From Candidatus Parcubacteria bacterium (GTDB taxonomy: Bacteria; Patescibacteriota; Minisyncoccia; UBA6257; HR35): 64,000 bases of DNA. The notes beneath the pieces were generated by a model. That model did not search any database. It saw only the letters and a list, made by a program, of their open reading frames with translations, and was not told where the DNA came from. Of this stretch, positions 54,184 through 64,000 are shown piece after piece (position 1 is the first letter of the stretch; each line of letters opens with the position of its first letter). The position numbers were made by a program, and so were the translations under genes. The stretch is taken from the NCBI GenBank assembly GCA_026004535.1, contig BPJI01000001.1, positions 233,491 through 297,490 on the forward strand, in the 5' to 3' direction.

Positions 54184-55318
54184 CGAAGAAATAAGAATTT
54201 GTTTAACTGGAGGAGCAACTGGCGGTCATTTTTTCCCTTTAGTTTTTGTTGCTCGGGAAATTAAAAAAATTGCTACCAAGGAAAATTTAAACGTTAAAAT
54301 TTTTTATCTAGGCACCAAACCATTTAAAGAAGAAATTTTGAAAAAAGAGGGAGTTAATATTTATCTTTTGCCTGAAGTTAAGCTAAGAAAATATTTTAGT
54401 TTAAAAAACGTTCTTGATCTTATTAAATTCCCTTTTAGTTTTTTTATTGCCTTTTATTATTTATTTAAATTTATGCCTGATTTAATTTTTTCTAAAGGTG
54501 GGCCAAGTAGTCTAAGTGTTGTTTTAGCTGGTTGGATTCTGGCTATACCTATTTTTATTCATGAATCAGACTCAATTCCTGGTTTGACTAATAAAATCTC
54601 AGCTAAATTTGCTACCAAAATTTTTTTAGCTTTTGCTGAAGCTGAGAAATATTTTCCTCGTAAAAAAACAATTATTGTTGGTCAACCAATTGATATTGAG
54701 GCATTGACAGAAAAAATAATTTTTGAAGACTATCAAAGATTTGGCCTTGATCCTCACAAAAAGATTGTTTTAGTTTTAGGTGGTTCTCAAGGTTCAAGAT
54801 TTTTAAATGATTTAATCATTGAAGCCTTGCCTCAACTTTTAAATTTAGCCCAAGTTGTTCATCAAACAGGAGAAAAAAAATATCCAGATGCTTATCTTTA
54901 TGCTAAGGGAACTTTATTAGAAAAAAATCCAGAAAGAATCAAGGATTATCATCCATTTCCGTTTATTGATCATAATGACTTAACTATTTTAATGAAAATT
55001 TCTGATCTTATTATTGCTCGCGCTGGTTCAAGTACAATTTTTGAGATCGCTGCTTTGGGCAAACCAAGTATTTTAATTCCAATTGAGGAAAAAGTTGCTG
55101 GTTGGCATCAAGTAATCAATGCTCGAATCTACGATCATTATGGTGCTTGTAAAGTTTTAGAAGAAAAAAATGCTAAGCCCCATTTATTGGTTTCTTTGAT
55201 TGAAGATATTTTAAAAAATGAAGAGTTAATGAAATCAATGAGCGAATCAGCTTTAAAATTTGCTAAAACGGACGCAGGTCAAAAAATTGCTGAAGAAATC
55301 GTCTATTTTATAAAATGA
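54176..55318 (+). CDS. murG: UDP-GlcNAc:lipid I N-acetylglucosaminyltransferase MurG
   Basis: N-terminal GGATGGHFFP motif, GT-B fold length 380 aa. ftsW-murG synteny. Confidence 0.85.
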   Translation: MNNEEIRICLTGGATGGHFFPLVFVAREIKKIATKENLNVKIFYLGTKPFKEEILKKEGVNIYLLPEVKLRKYFSLKNVLDLIKFPFSFFIAFYYLFKFMPDLIFSKGGPSSLSVVLAGWILAIPIFIHESDSIPGLTNKISAKFATKIFLAFAEAEKYFPRKKTIIVGQPIDIEALTEKIIFEDYQRFGLDPHKKIVLVLGGSQGSRFLNDLIIEALPQLLNLAQVVHQTGEKKYPDAYLYAKGTLLEKNPERIKDYHPFPFIDHNDLTILMKISDLIIARAGSSTIFEIAALGKPSILIPIEEKVAGWHQVINARIYDHYGACKVLEEKNAKPHLLVSLIEDILKNEELMKSMSESALKFAKTDAGQKIAEEIVYFIK

Positions 55319-55608
55319 AAAAAATATTTTATTTAGTTTACTTTCTTTTGCCATTTTTTTTATGGTTCTTAATTTACCTTAAAAAACCAGATTTAATTGT
55401 TATTTTTAAAAGACCGATTTTTGAGAAGTCTTTAATTATACCAATTGAGGATTTATGGCAAATAATATTAATTTTTGCTATTTTTCAATTCGGTAATGAG
55501 GTTTTGACTCATTTAATTTCTAAAAAAATTTTTGGTAAAATTAATTTAATATTTATTTTCTTTCATTTTTTGGTCGTTTTATATTTGTTAATTTTTAATT
55601 TGTTTTGA
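55315..55608 (+). CDS. hypothetical small membrane protein
   Basis: Three predicted TM helices. No family. Confidence 0.3.
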   Translation: MKKIFYLVYFLLPFFLWFLIYLKKPDLIVIFKRPIFEKSLIIPIEDLWQIILIFAIFQFGNEVLTHLISKKIFGKINLIFIFFHFLVVLYLLIFNLF

Positions 55609-55636
55609 AACGCGGATAGCTGCAGAAAAATATTTT

Positions 55637-55885
55637 TACCCGGATATGAACCGGATAATACTACCCGGATATAGACCGGATAGAACTATCCGGATTATAA
55701 CCGGATAAGTTACTCGGATTTAAACCAGATTTATCCGGTAATCATCTGGGTAAAATAATCCGGTAGTTTATCCGGGTAATCTATCCGGTTGACTATCCGG
55801 GTAAATATTTTAATATCCGGTATTTATCCGGGTGAAATAATCCGGTAATCATCCGGGTAATTATATCCGGTAGATCATCAGGGTA
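55637..55885. repeat. CCGGAT-family palindromic array (forward 55637-55730, reverse 55735-55885)
   Basis: tacccggat x5 then atccggta/atccgggta x9. Lies between membrane-protein gene and rplU. Confidence 0.9.
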
Positions 55886-55923
55886 GTTAAAACATTTCAG
55901 TAGCTGTCTGCGCATTTAAAAAA

Positions 55924-56235
55924 ATGAAAATAGCTGTGATTCAAACAGGAGGGAAGCAATATTTAGTTGAAGAAGGTAAGGAAATTGAAATCGAAAAAAT
56001 AAGAAATGTTAATCCAGAAAAAATTGAATTCAGAGATGTTTTACTTTATGCTGACGATAATAATTTTCTTTTAGGTCAACCTAAATTAGATAATGTTTTT
56101 GTTGTAGGTAAGATGGTCAAAGAAAAGAAAAATAAAGTTGTTGTTTTGAAATACAAACCAAAAACAAGATATCGTCAAAAGAAGGGTTATAAAAAAATAA
56201 CCTGGATTGTGAAAATTGAAAAAATAAATGCTTAA
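55924..56235 (+). CDS. rplU: 50S ribosomal protein L21
   Basis: MKIAVIQTGGKQYLVEEGKEIEIEKI L21 start. Confidence 0.9.
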   Translation: MKIAVIQTGGKQYLVEEGKEIEIEKIRNVNPEKIEFRDVLLYADDNNFLLGQPKLDNVFVVGKMVKEKKNKVVVLKYKPKTRYRQKKGYKKITWIVKIEKINA

Positions 56236-58711
56236 GAAATTATTTTCATTTTTAAATAAGAATCCTTTAACAGCTTGGCAGCCCTTGCTCGAAAAAATAA
56301 ATTCTTTAGAAAAAGATTTTGAAAAAATTCCTGATGATAAATTAAAGGAAAAAACTTTTGAATTTAAGGAAAGATTAAAAAATGGAGAAAAGATTGATGC
56401 TCTTTTACCCGAGGCTTTTGCTTTAGTTAGGGAAGCAGCCAAAAGAACATTGAAGCAAAGACATTTTGATGTCCAAATCTTAGGTGGCATTGGTCTTCAT
56501 CAAGGAATGGTAGTCGAGATGATGACTGGTGAGGGAAAAACCTTAACCGCAACTTTACCTGCTTATTTGAATGCTTTAACTGGTGAAGGTGTTCATATTG
56601 TTACCGTTAATGATTATTTGGCTCAAAGAGATACTGTTTGGATGGGGCAAATTTATGATCTCTTAGGACTTTCAGTTGCTTGTTTGATTCATAATAATGC
56701 CTTTTTATATGATCCAGGTTTTACTCAAGAAAAAATTGATCAAGCAAGAGATGCCCTAGGAGCTTTTTATGTTTTTCATGAATTTTTAAGACCAGTTGCC
56801 AGAAAAGAAGCTTATTTAGCTGATATTGTTTATGGCACTAATCATGAATTTGGCTTTGATTATTTAAGAGACAATTTAGTTTATAACCCTGATGATTTAG
56901 TTCAGGTTAAAGGTCTAAATTATGCTATTGTTGATGAGGTTGATAGTATTTTAATTGATGAAGCCAGAACGCCTTTAATTATTGGTTCTTATGAAGTTGA
57001 AGAATTTAATGTTTATTATTTTTATGACGAAATAGCCAAAAGACTTCAAAAAGATATTGATTTTACCATTGATGAGAAAAAAAGAAAAGTTTATTTGACC
57101 GAAGAAGGTTTAAATAAAATTGAAAAAATTTTAGGCTACAATCCTTATGAAGTTTTAGATATTAAAGCAACTCATCATTTAGAACAGGCTTTAAATGCCA
57201 ATTATCTTTATCAGCGAGATAAAGATTATGTCGTTAAAAATAATGAAATAATTATTGTTGATGAATTTACTGGTAGATTGATGTTTGGTCGTCGTTGGTC
57301 TGGAGGACTTCATCAAGCGATTGAAGCTAAAGAAAGAGTTCCAATTAGAGCTGAAATGAAAACAGTGGCAACAATTACCATTCAGAATTTCTTTCGTAAA
57401 TATAAAAAGTTAGCTGGAATGACTGGTACTGCTTATACCTCGCGGGAAGAATTTTTAGCAGTCTATAATTTAGATGTTGTTGTTATTCCTCCTAATAAAC
57501 CTTGTATTCGCCAAGATCATCCAGATAAAATCTTCTTAAGGGAAGAAGCTAAATGGAAGGCAGTTGTTAACAAAATTAAAGAGCTTTATCAAATTGGAAG
57601 ACCAGTCTTAGTTGGGACAACTTCAATTGAAAAAAATGAGAAATTGTCTGAAATGTTAAAGAAAGAAGGCATACCCCATAATGTTCTAAATGCTAAGAAT
57701 CACGAAGAGGAAGGAAAAATAATTGCTCAGGCAGGTAAATTAAGACAAGTAACTGTTGCTACTAATATGGCCGGTCGGGGTGTTGATATTATTTTGGGAG
57801 GCAATCCGCCTGATCCTGAAGAAGCTAAAAAAGTTCGTGAATTAGGAGGCCTTTTTGTAATTGGAACCGAAAGACATGAAGCTCGAAGAATTGATAATCA
57901 ATTAAGGGGAAGAGCTGGAAGACAAGGAGATCCGGGCGAAACTCAGTTTTTTATTTCTTTAGAAGATGATTTATTGAGAATTTTTGGTGGTGAAAGAATA
58001 AAACAAATAGTTGAAAAATTTAATTTTCCTGAAGATCAAGCAATTGAAAATCAATTAATTAGTAAAGTTATTGAAGAAGCCCAAAGTAAAGTTGAAGGTT
58101 ATAATTTTGATGTCAGAAAACACCTTTTAGAATATGACGATGTTATTAATGCTCAAAGAGAAAAAATTTATTCAGAAAGAAGACAATTTTTACTTGATGA
58201 AATTGAGGTTGAAAAATTTTTTGAGCAAGAATTTGAAAAATTAATTCAGGAAGAAAGTGATGAAGTAATTAAATTTGTTTTTAAAGATCAACAGCCAAAG
58301 CAAGCTTTTAGTGAAAAATTTAATTTTTTCAAAGAAAATTTAGCTGAGGAACTTAAAAAAATTTTAAAAAATATTATTTTAAGAACCTATGATTATTTAT
58401 GGATTGAACATTTGCATTATTTAGAAGATTTAAAACAATCAGTTGGTTTTCGTGGCTATGGCCAAAGAGACCCATTGGTTGCTTTTAAGCAAGAAAGTTA
58501 TAAGGCTTTTGTTGATTTTCATAAAATTTTAAGAATAAATATTTTGCAAATTTTTATGAATTTGGAATTAAAAATCGAAACACCCAAAATTGGCCGCAAT
58601 GATCCTTGTCCTTGTGGTTCAGGTAAAAAATATAAAAAATGTGGTTTATTAAACACCCCCGAACATCAAGAAAATATAAAAAAACTTAAATCTCAACAAT
58701 CTCCTGTCTAG
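56228..58711 (+). CDS. secA: preprotein translocase ATPase SecA
   Basis: DEAD-like motor motifs (MTGEGKTLTA, DEVDSILIDEARTPLII). C-terminal zinc finger CPCGSGKKYKKCG. 827 aa. Confidence 0.95.
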   Translation: MLKKLFSFLNKNPLTAWQPLLEKINSLEKDFEKIPDDKLKEKTFEFKERLKNGEKIDALLPEAFALVREAAKRTLKQRHFDVQILGGIGLHQGMVVEMMTGEGKTLTATLPAYLNALTGEGVHIVTVNDYLAQRDTVWMGQIYDLLGLSVACLIHNNAFLYDPGFTQEKIDQARDALGAFYVFHEFLRPVARKEAYLADIVYGTNHEFGFDYLRDNLVYNPDDLVQVKGLNYAIVDEVDSILIDEARTPLIIGSYEVEEFNVYYFYDEIAKRLQKDIDFTIDEKKRKVYLTEEGLNKIEKILGYNPYEVLDIKATHHLEQALNANYLYQRDKDYVVKNNEIIIVDEFTGRLMFGRRWSGGLHQAIEAKERVPIRAEMKTVATITIQNFFRKYKKLAGMTGTAYTSREEFLAVYNLDVVVIPPNKPCIRQDHPDKIFLREEAKWKAVVNKIKELYQIGRPVLVGTTSIEKNEKLSEMLKKEGIPHNVLNAKNHEEEGKIIAQAGKLRQVTVATNMAGRGVDIILGGNPPDPEEAKKVRELGGLFVIGTERHEARRIDNQLRGRAGRQGDPGETQFFISLEDDLLRIFGGERIKQIVEKFNFPEDQAIENQLISKVIEEAQSKVEGYNFDVRKHLLEYDDVINAQREKIYSERRQFLLDEIEVEKFFEQEFEKLIQEESDEVIKFVFKDQQPKQAFSEKFNFFKENLAEELKKILKNIILRTYDYLWIEHLHYLEDLKQSVGFRGYGQRDPLVAFKQESYKAFVDFHKILRINILQIFMNLELKIETPKIGRNDPCPCGSGKKYKKCGLLNTPEHQENIKKLKSQQSPV

Positions 58712-58778
58712 CTTCCAAGCTTCTCAGTTTCCAGACTTTCGGGCTTCTTAGTTTATGTTATTATGTTATAATTAAATT

Positions 58779-59963
58779 ATGAATAAAAAAATGAATAAAT
58801 CCTTCACTTTAGTTGAACTCTTAGTTGTCTTAGCTCTAATAGCTATCTTAGCTACTGTCTTAATTGTTGTCATTAAGCCAGCAGATATCTTTAAAAGAGG
58901 TAGAGATAGTCAAAGAACTTCAGACCTTAAAAATCTTGAAAAAATATTTGACCTTATTCTTTTTGAAACTCAAGGCACCTTTTCTGAACTTCAATATGCT
59001 TCCTCAAATGTTGTCTATATCTCTCTTCCTGATACTTCATCAACTTGTGGTCAATGGATAAGTCAATTACCACAGCTTCCTTCAGGCTGGTCATATAGAT
59101 GCTCAGCAACTCCAACAAATATTGATGGTACTGGCTGGATTCCTATTCCTTTTAATCAATTTTCAAGCATTAATCTTTCTAGACTTTTCATTGATCCAAT
59201 CAATAGACCTCCATATTACTATGCATTTGTTGCTGGAGGAAGTTATGCTCTCTATGCTCAATTAGAAAATCCTCAGTCTCAAGCCTCAAAAACAGACAAT
59301 GATAATTATCCTCATCTATTTTCAGTAGGAACAAATAAAAGACTCATTGATCAAGCTCAAGGACTTGTAGGGTATTGGTCTTTTGATGAAGGAACTGGAA
59401 ATATTGCTAATGATTATTCAGGAAACAATAATAATGGAACACTCTATAATGGTCCTCAATGGGTTGATGGTAAAGTAGGCAAAGCTTTAAGTTTTGATGG
59501 AGTGGATGATTATGTCCAGACACCGTTATCCTCTAACATATTACCCCTAACAATTGAAGTATGGTTTAAAACAAATGTTAATACTGGGGAACATTCTATT
59601 GTTGATAGCGACGTCAGTGGGCGCTATGGGCAATCAATTATATTGGGCTATATGTATGGGGATAATACCTTAGACGTAGAATATCATGATGGATGGTATG
59701 ATTCTCCTTTTGTTGTTGGGGTAGGAGTTTGGCACCATGCGGTTGCAATTTTTACGACAGGGAAAGTGGAACTTTATGTAAATGGTAATTATATTGGTTC
59801 ACTAGTATTTACACAAGGATTCCTAGATGGAGATAATTTTAGAATCGGTAGGCACAATTCGGGCGACCCACAATGGTTCAATGGTCTCATCGACGAAGTC
59901 CGCATTTACAATCGCGCTTTATCAGATCAAGAAATTAAAGCATTATATGAAGCAATAAAGTAA
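58779..59963 (+). CDS. type IV pilin-like protein with C-terminal LamG-like (concanavalin A-like lectin) domain; only intact member of 3-copy family
   Basis: Prepilin-type N-terminus MNKKMNKS|FTLVELLVVLALIAILA with Glu+5. C-terminal LamG hallmark GLIDEVRIYNRALSDQEIKALY. Extended -10 TGTTATAAT at 58764-58772. Confidence 0.8.
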   Translation: MNKKMNKSFTLVELLVVLALIAILATVLIVVIKPADIFKRGRDSQRTSDLKNLEKIFDLILFETQGTFSELQYASSNVVYISLPDTSSTCGQWISQLPQLPSGWSYRCSATPTNIDGTGWIPIPFNQFSSINLSRLFIDPINRPPYYYAFVAGGSYALYAQLENPQSQASKTDNDNYPHLFSVGTNKRLIDQAQGLVGYWSFDEGTGNIANDYSGNNNNGTLYNGPQWVDGKVGKALSFDGVDDYVQTPLSSNILPLTIEVWFKTNVNTGEHSIVDSDVSGRYGQSIILGYMYGDNTLDVEYHDGWYDSPFVVGVGVWHHAVAIFTTGKVELYVNGNYIGSLVFTQGFLDGDNFRIGRHNSGDPQWFNGLIDEVRIYNRALSDQEIKALYEAIK

Positions 59964-59985
59964 TTCCTCAGCTTCTCAGCTTCAA

Positions 59986-60012
59986 AGAAAATATCGGGAC
60001 ATCGTATGTCCT
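59986..60012 (+). terminator. short hairpin + T-tract after pilin-LamG gene (also present after both pseudogene copies)
   Basis: GGGACATCGTATGTCC then TCAATTTTT. Confidence 0.4.
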
Positions 60013-60064
60013 CAATTTTTACTTTAGATAATATATAGTTTTCATCATGGTATTAATATCCAGT

Positions 60065-60225
60065 ACTAATCCGGGTAGTATATCCGGTTTTCATCAGGAT
60101 AATATTATATACTTTCCATCATGCTAATATATCCAGTATTCATCCGGGTAATCTATCCGGTAATAATCCGGGTAACTATATCCGGTAATAATCCGGGTAG
60201 TATATCATGTTTCTATCGGGATAAC
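60065..60225. repeat. CCGGAT-family array, reverse-orientation copies (3' module of pilin-LamG locus)
   Basis: tatccggtaataatccgggtaactatatccggtaataatccgggtagtat. Followed by ctact/agtag hairpin. Confidence 0.9.
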
Positions 60226-60633
60226 CTATAAATTTTTCATTTCTACTATTTAAATACGATCGTATCAAGTTAGTAGAAGTGAAAAAAAAATTTCTTTTTG
60301 TGCCATAATTAAGACATGGTAAAAGTAGTAGAAAGGCAAAGGAAAAATAGATTGGTATTTAAAAAAATTGGATGTTTTGGCAAAAGTTTGCTTCTGGTTG
60401 GAGGAAGAAAAGAATTATCGATCCTCTAAAGTGGCAAAAAAAATTAGAAGTGAAAAATAAACTTGATGTTCCTTTTTGATACTAATTTTTTAATCTATTA
60501 TCTTAATTCATTAGTTCATTAATTTCCAATGAATGAGCTCTGGATTCAATATTAAAAGGATTCAATATTAAAATAACCCGGAATTCGTAATTCGGGACTA
60601 AAGAATTTTTGAATTTTATGTTATAATTTAAAT

Positions 60634-61047
60634 ATGCCAACAATTAATCAATTAATAAGAAAAGGTAGAAATAAGATTGAAAAGAGGTCAAGGTCGCCAG
60701 TGCTTTTGTATTATTATAATTCTTTAAAAAGAAAAGAAAAGTATTTGCCAGCACCTTTTAAAAGAGGTGTTTGTATTAGAGTTTATACAATGACGCCAAA
60801 AAAGCCTAATTCAGCTTTAAGAAAAGTTGCTAAAGTTAGATTAAGTAATGGCCGTGAAGTTACGGCTTATATTCCTGGTATAGGTCATAATTTACAAGAG
60901 CACTCAATTGTTTTAGTTCGTGGTGGGAGAGTAAAAGATTTGCCAGGGGTAAGATATCATATTGTTCGTGGCGTTTATGATGCTGCTGGTGTTGAAGGCA
61001 GAAGACAAGGTCGATCGTTATATGGAGCTAAGAAACCAAAAGAATAA
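60634..61047 (+). CDS. rpsL: 30S ribosomal protein S12
   Basis: [31 protein letters not shown]. Extended -10 TGTTATAAT at 60619-60627. Confidence 0.95.
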   Translation: MPTINQLIRKGRNKIEKRSRSPVLLYYYNSLKRKEKYLPAPFKRGVCIRVYTMTPKKPNSALRKVAKVRLSNGREVTAYIPGIGHNLQEHSIVLVRGGRVKDLPGVRYHIVRGVYDAAGVEGRRQGRSLYGAKKPKE

Positions 61048-61057
61048 AAATCTGTTT

Positions 61058-61120
61058 ATAATTAACGACGTATGACGTTCTAGATATTATTTTCTCAATA
61101 TCTGGACGTTGCACGTCATA
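61058..61120. repeat. REP-like imperfect palindrome between rpsL and rpsG
   Basis: ACGACGTATGACGTTCTAGATATT ... AATATCTGGACGTTGCACGTCAT. Degenerate member of the GACGTGCGATGTCC palindrome family. Confidence 0.6.
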
Positions 61121-61128
61121 GATTAATA

Positions 61129-61617
61129 ATGCCAAGAAGGAAAATTAAAATTGAAAGAAAATGGAATCCAGACCCTGTTTATAATAGTATTGCTGTGACT
61201 CGTTTTATTAACAATTTAATGAGAAATGGTGAAAAGTCAAAAGCACAAAAGATTTTTTATAAGGCAATGGACATTATTCAGCAAAAAACAGGTGAAAATC
61301 CAATAAAAGTTTTTCAAACAGCAATTAAGAATGTTGCTCCAGTTGTTGAGGTTTGGCCAAGAAGAATTGGTGGAGCAACTTTTATGGTGCCAAGACAAGT
61401 AAGATCAGAAAGAAGATTTTCTAAAGCAGTTAAATGGATTATCGAATCAGCCAGAAACAAAAAAGGGAAGCCAATGTTTGAAAAATTAGCTGAAGAAATT
61501 ATCGCCGCCAGTCAGGAAGAGGGCGATGCTTATAAAAAGAAGGTTGAGGTCCATAAATTAGCTGAGACTAATAAAGCCTTTGCCCATTTTGGTTGGTGGG
61601 GAAGGAGACAAAAGTAA
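61129..61617 (+). CDS. rpsG: 30S ribosomal protein S7
   Basis: S7 consensus ..[17 protein letters not shown].. 162 aa. Lies between rpsL and fusA. Confidence 0.9.
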   Translation: MPRRKIKIERKWNPDPVYNSIAVTRFINNLMRNGEKSKAQKIFYKAMDIIQQKTGENPIKVFQTAIKNVAPVVEVWPRRIGGATFMVPRQVRSERRFSKAVKWIIESARNKKGKPMFEKLAEEIIAASQEEGDAYKKKVEVHKLAETNKAFAHFGWWGRRQK

Positions 61618-63749
61618 TGCCGCGTTTATATCCAATTGAAAAAACAAGAAATATAGGAATTATTGCTCATATTGATGCCGGTAAGACAACAACAACTGAA
61701 AGAATTTTATATTACACCGGAATTTCTTACAAGATTGGTGAAGTACATGAAGGGACAACTGTTACCGATTGGATGCCTCAAGAAAGAGAAAGAGGAATAA
61801 CAATTACTTCAGCAGCAGTTACTTGTTTTTGGACCCAAAGTTATTTAAAACAACCAGAAACAAGAGAAGAAAGAATTAAAGGAGAATATAAGATTAATAT
61901 TATTGATACTCCAGGACATGTTGATTTTACAGCTGAAGTTGAAAGATCATTAAGAGTTTTAGATGGGGCAATTGTTGTTTTTGATGGTGTTCAGGGAGTT
62001 GAAGCACAATCAGAAACTGTTTGGCACCAGGCTGATAAATATAAAGTTCCAAGAATTTGTTTTATTAATAAATTAGATCGAATTGGGGCTGATTTTGAGT
62101 TTTGCCTAAAGTCAATTGAAGAAAGATTAACCAAAGACTTTGCTTTAATAACTTTGCCAATTGGCCAAGAGAAAGATTTTAAAGGGGTAATTGATTTAAT
62201 TTCAATGAAAGAAGTTTACTTTGAAGGCGAAAGAGGAGAAAAAGTAATTTATAAAGAAATTGATCCTTCAAGAAAAAATGAAGCTGAAAATTGGAGACAC
62301 ATTTTTTTAGAAAAATTAGCTGAAAGAGATGAAGAATTTATGGAGAAATATTTAGCTAATGAATTTAATGAAATTGACATTCGTCAAGCAATCAGACGCC
62401 AGGTTTTAAACTATAATTTTATTCCTGTCTATGTTGGTTCGGCTTTAGACAATAAAGGAGTGCAACTTTTACTTGATGGTGTTGTTGATTTTTTGCCCTC
62501 ACCAATTGATTTACCTTCGCCTCGAGGAATTGATCCTTTAACTAATCAAGAAATCGAAAGAAAACCAACTGATGATGAAGCCTTTTCTGCTTTGGTTTTT
62601 AAAATCCAAGTTGATCCTTATGTTGGGACTCTGTCTTATGTTCGAGTTTATTCAGGAATTTTAAAGGCAGGAATGACAGTTCTAAATACAACAACTGGAG
62701 AAACGCTGAGAATTGGAAGAATCGCTAGAATGCATGCTAATCATCGTGAAGAAATTGAAGAGCTTTTTGCTGGTGATATTGGCACTATCGTTGGCATTAA
62801 AACATTGAAAACAGGTGATACTTTGGCTGATCCTAAAAAACCAATTGTTTATGAAAAAATTGAATTTGCCGATCCTGTTATTTGGATGAAAGTTGAACCA
62901 AAAACAAAAGCTGATCAAGAAAAAATGGGTTTAGCAATTAAGGCTTTAGTTGATGAAGATCCAACTTTTAAATTATCTCAAGATCCTGATACTGGCGATA
63001 CTTTAATTGGTGGTATGGGAGAACTGCATTTAGAAATTAAAGTTGATAGATTGAAAAGAGAATTTAATGTTGAAGTTAATGTTGGCAAACCCCAAGTTGC
63101 CTACTTAGAGACAGTAACCAAAGAATCAGTTGCTGAGGGAAAATATATTAGGCAAAGTGGTGGTCGGGGTCAATACGGTCATGTGTGGTTAAAAGTTGAA
63201 CCATTAGAAAGAGGCAAAGGTTTTGAATTTGTTAATGCTATCAAAGGCGGTATTATTCCTGATAATTTTATTCCTTCAGTTGAAAAAGGAGTCAGGGAAG
63301 CGATGGAAAAGGGAGTTTTGGCTGGTTATCCAATTAGAGACATTAGGGTAACTTTGTTTGATGGCTCTTATCACGAAGTTGACTCTTCTGATATTGCCTT
63401 TAAAATTGCTGGCGCGATTGCTTTACAAGAAGCAGTTAAACAAGGAAATCCAATTTTACTTGAACCAATTATGAAAATTGAGGTTGTTATCCCTCCGGAA
63501 TTTTTAGGCGATGTTACTGGAGATTTATCTTCACGTCGAGCAAAAATTGAAGAAGTTTTTGATCGAGGAATGAGTAAGGTAATTAGAGCTAAAGTACCGT
63601 TGGCAGAAATGTTTGGTTATGTAACTGTTTTAAGATCATTAACTCAGGGAAGAGGAACAAATATGATGGAATTCTCTCATTATGAACCCGTGCCTCAAAA
63701 TTTATCCCAGGTTATTATTCAAAATTTTAATTTAACCAAAAGTAAATGA
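61593..63749 (+). CDS. fusA: elongation factor G
   Basis: [26 protein letters not shown]-motifs. Five-domain length 718 aa. Confidence 0.95.
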   Translation: MVGKETKVMPRLYPIEKTRNIGIIAHIDAGKTTTTERILYYTGISYKIGEVHEGTTVTDWMPQERERGITITSAAVTCFWTQSYLKQPETREERIKGEYKINIIDTPGHVDFTAEVERSLRVLDGAIVVFDGVQGVEAQSETVWHQADKYKVPRICFINKLDRIGADFEFCLKSIEERLTKDFALITLPIGQEKDFKGVIDLISMKEVYFEGERGEKVIYKEIDPSRKNEAENWRHIFLEKLAERDEEFMEKYLANEFNEIDIRQAIRRQVLNYNFIPVYVGSALDNKGVQLLLDGVVDFLPSPIDLPSPRGIDPLTNQEIERKPTDDEAFSALVFKIQVDPYVGTLSYVRVYSGILKAGMTVLNTTTGETLRIGRIARMHANHREEIEELFAGDIGTIVGIKTLKTGDTLADPKKPIVYEKIEFADPVIWMKVEPKTKADQEKMGLAIKALVDEDPTFKLSQDPDTGDTLIGGMGELHLEIKVDRLKREFNVEVNVGKPQVAYLETVTKESVAEGKYIRQSGGRGQYGHVWLKVEPLERGKGFEFVNAIKGGIIPDNFIPSVEKGVREAMEKGVLAGYPIRDIRVTLFDGSYHEVDSSDIAFKIAGAIALQEAVKQGNPILLEPIMKIEVVIPPEFLGDVTGDLSSRRAKIEEVFDRGMSKVIRAKVPLAEMFGYVTVLRSLTQGRGTNMMEFSHYEPVPQNLSQVIIQNFNLTKSK

Positions 63750-64000
63750 AAGACAAGGGTCAATTATTGATTGAAGTTGTTCTTGGCTTAGGACTTTTAG
63801 TTGTTATTTTAGGAATTTTAGCTTCATTTACAAGTATTCTTTTTAGATCACAAAGATACCAAAGTTTCAATCAGGGAATAGCTATTTCTGGTTTTGAAAA
63901 ATATCGTAATGCTTTAATATCAATTGCTCAAACTGATTGGAGTCTCCTTGATAATTTAACCTCAACTGAGTCTTATTACGTTTTGGCCACTTCTACCTCT
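63745..64000 (+). CDS. type IV pilin-like/pseudopilin-like protein, 5' part (continues beyond window)
   Basis: MKDKG|[17 protein letters not shown] class III signal-like N-terminus with Glu+5. ATGA overlap with fusA stop. Confidence 0.45.

Noticed and set aside
55611-55914. Outer terminal inverted repeats (cgcggatagctgcag ... cagtagctgtctgcgc) flanking the 55637-55885 array as evidence of a transposon boundary
   Set aside because: The match is only partial (about 10 of 15 nt) and is not seen at other array loci. It is probably coincidental.
1-64000. Alternative genetic code (UGA recoded as in Gracilibacteria/SR1)
   Set aside because: Conserved genes (lepA, fusA, rplL-type ribosomal genes) terminate cleanly at TGA/TAA/TAG under the standard code. 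There are no in-frame TGA codons inside conserved domains, except the pilin pseudogene copy where the paralog shows AGA.

Overview
This is a low-GC (~30%), gene-dense bacterial segment that looks like a Candidate Phyla Radiation (Patescibacteria-like) genome. The S10/spc/str ribosomal-protein operons are fragmented and lack rpmD (L30) between rpsE and rplO. Many genes sit 6-10 nt behind extended -10 boxes (TGTTATAAT), so they are probably leaderless. There are several type IV pilin-like genes and standard-code housekeeping genes: lepA, thrS, tuf, dnaE, hisS, gatA, trxB, secY, secA, murG, ftsW, fusA.

Overlaid on this backbone is a superfamily of palindromic tandem-repeat arrays. Each locus is a run of short, roughly 11-bp-phased copies followed by their reverse complements. 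Core motifs are locus-specific: CCGGAT, GCGAAT, CAGAAC and CACGGAT. These arrays occupy intergenic gaps inside ribosomal operons, encode the last codons of gatA and rplV, and are inserted in-frame into lepA. One copy flanks a GxxExxY PD-(D/E)xK nuclease module inserted in-frame into dtd. That copy is a candidate autonomous member of a selfish element family that tolerates, or exploits, translation.

Other highlights:
- A cupin / PaaK-like ligase / E1(ThiF)-like / tandem-nitroreductase operon is contiguous with a histidine kinase and two receiver-only regulators. It faces a sharply GC-rich (~50%), evidently horizontally acquired radical-SAM/SPASM gene.
- Three paralogous pilin-LamG adhesin-like loci are present, one intact and two decayed. 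They share near-identical 5' and 3' modules but have unrelated middles.
- The release factor 1 gene lacks domain 1.
- There are several REP-like palindromes.
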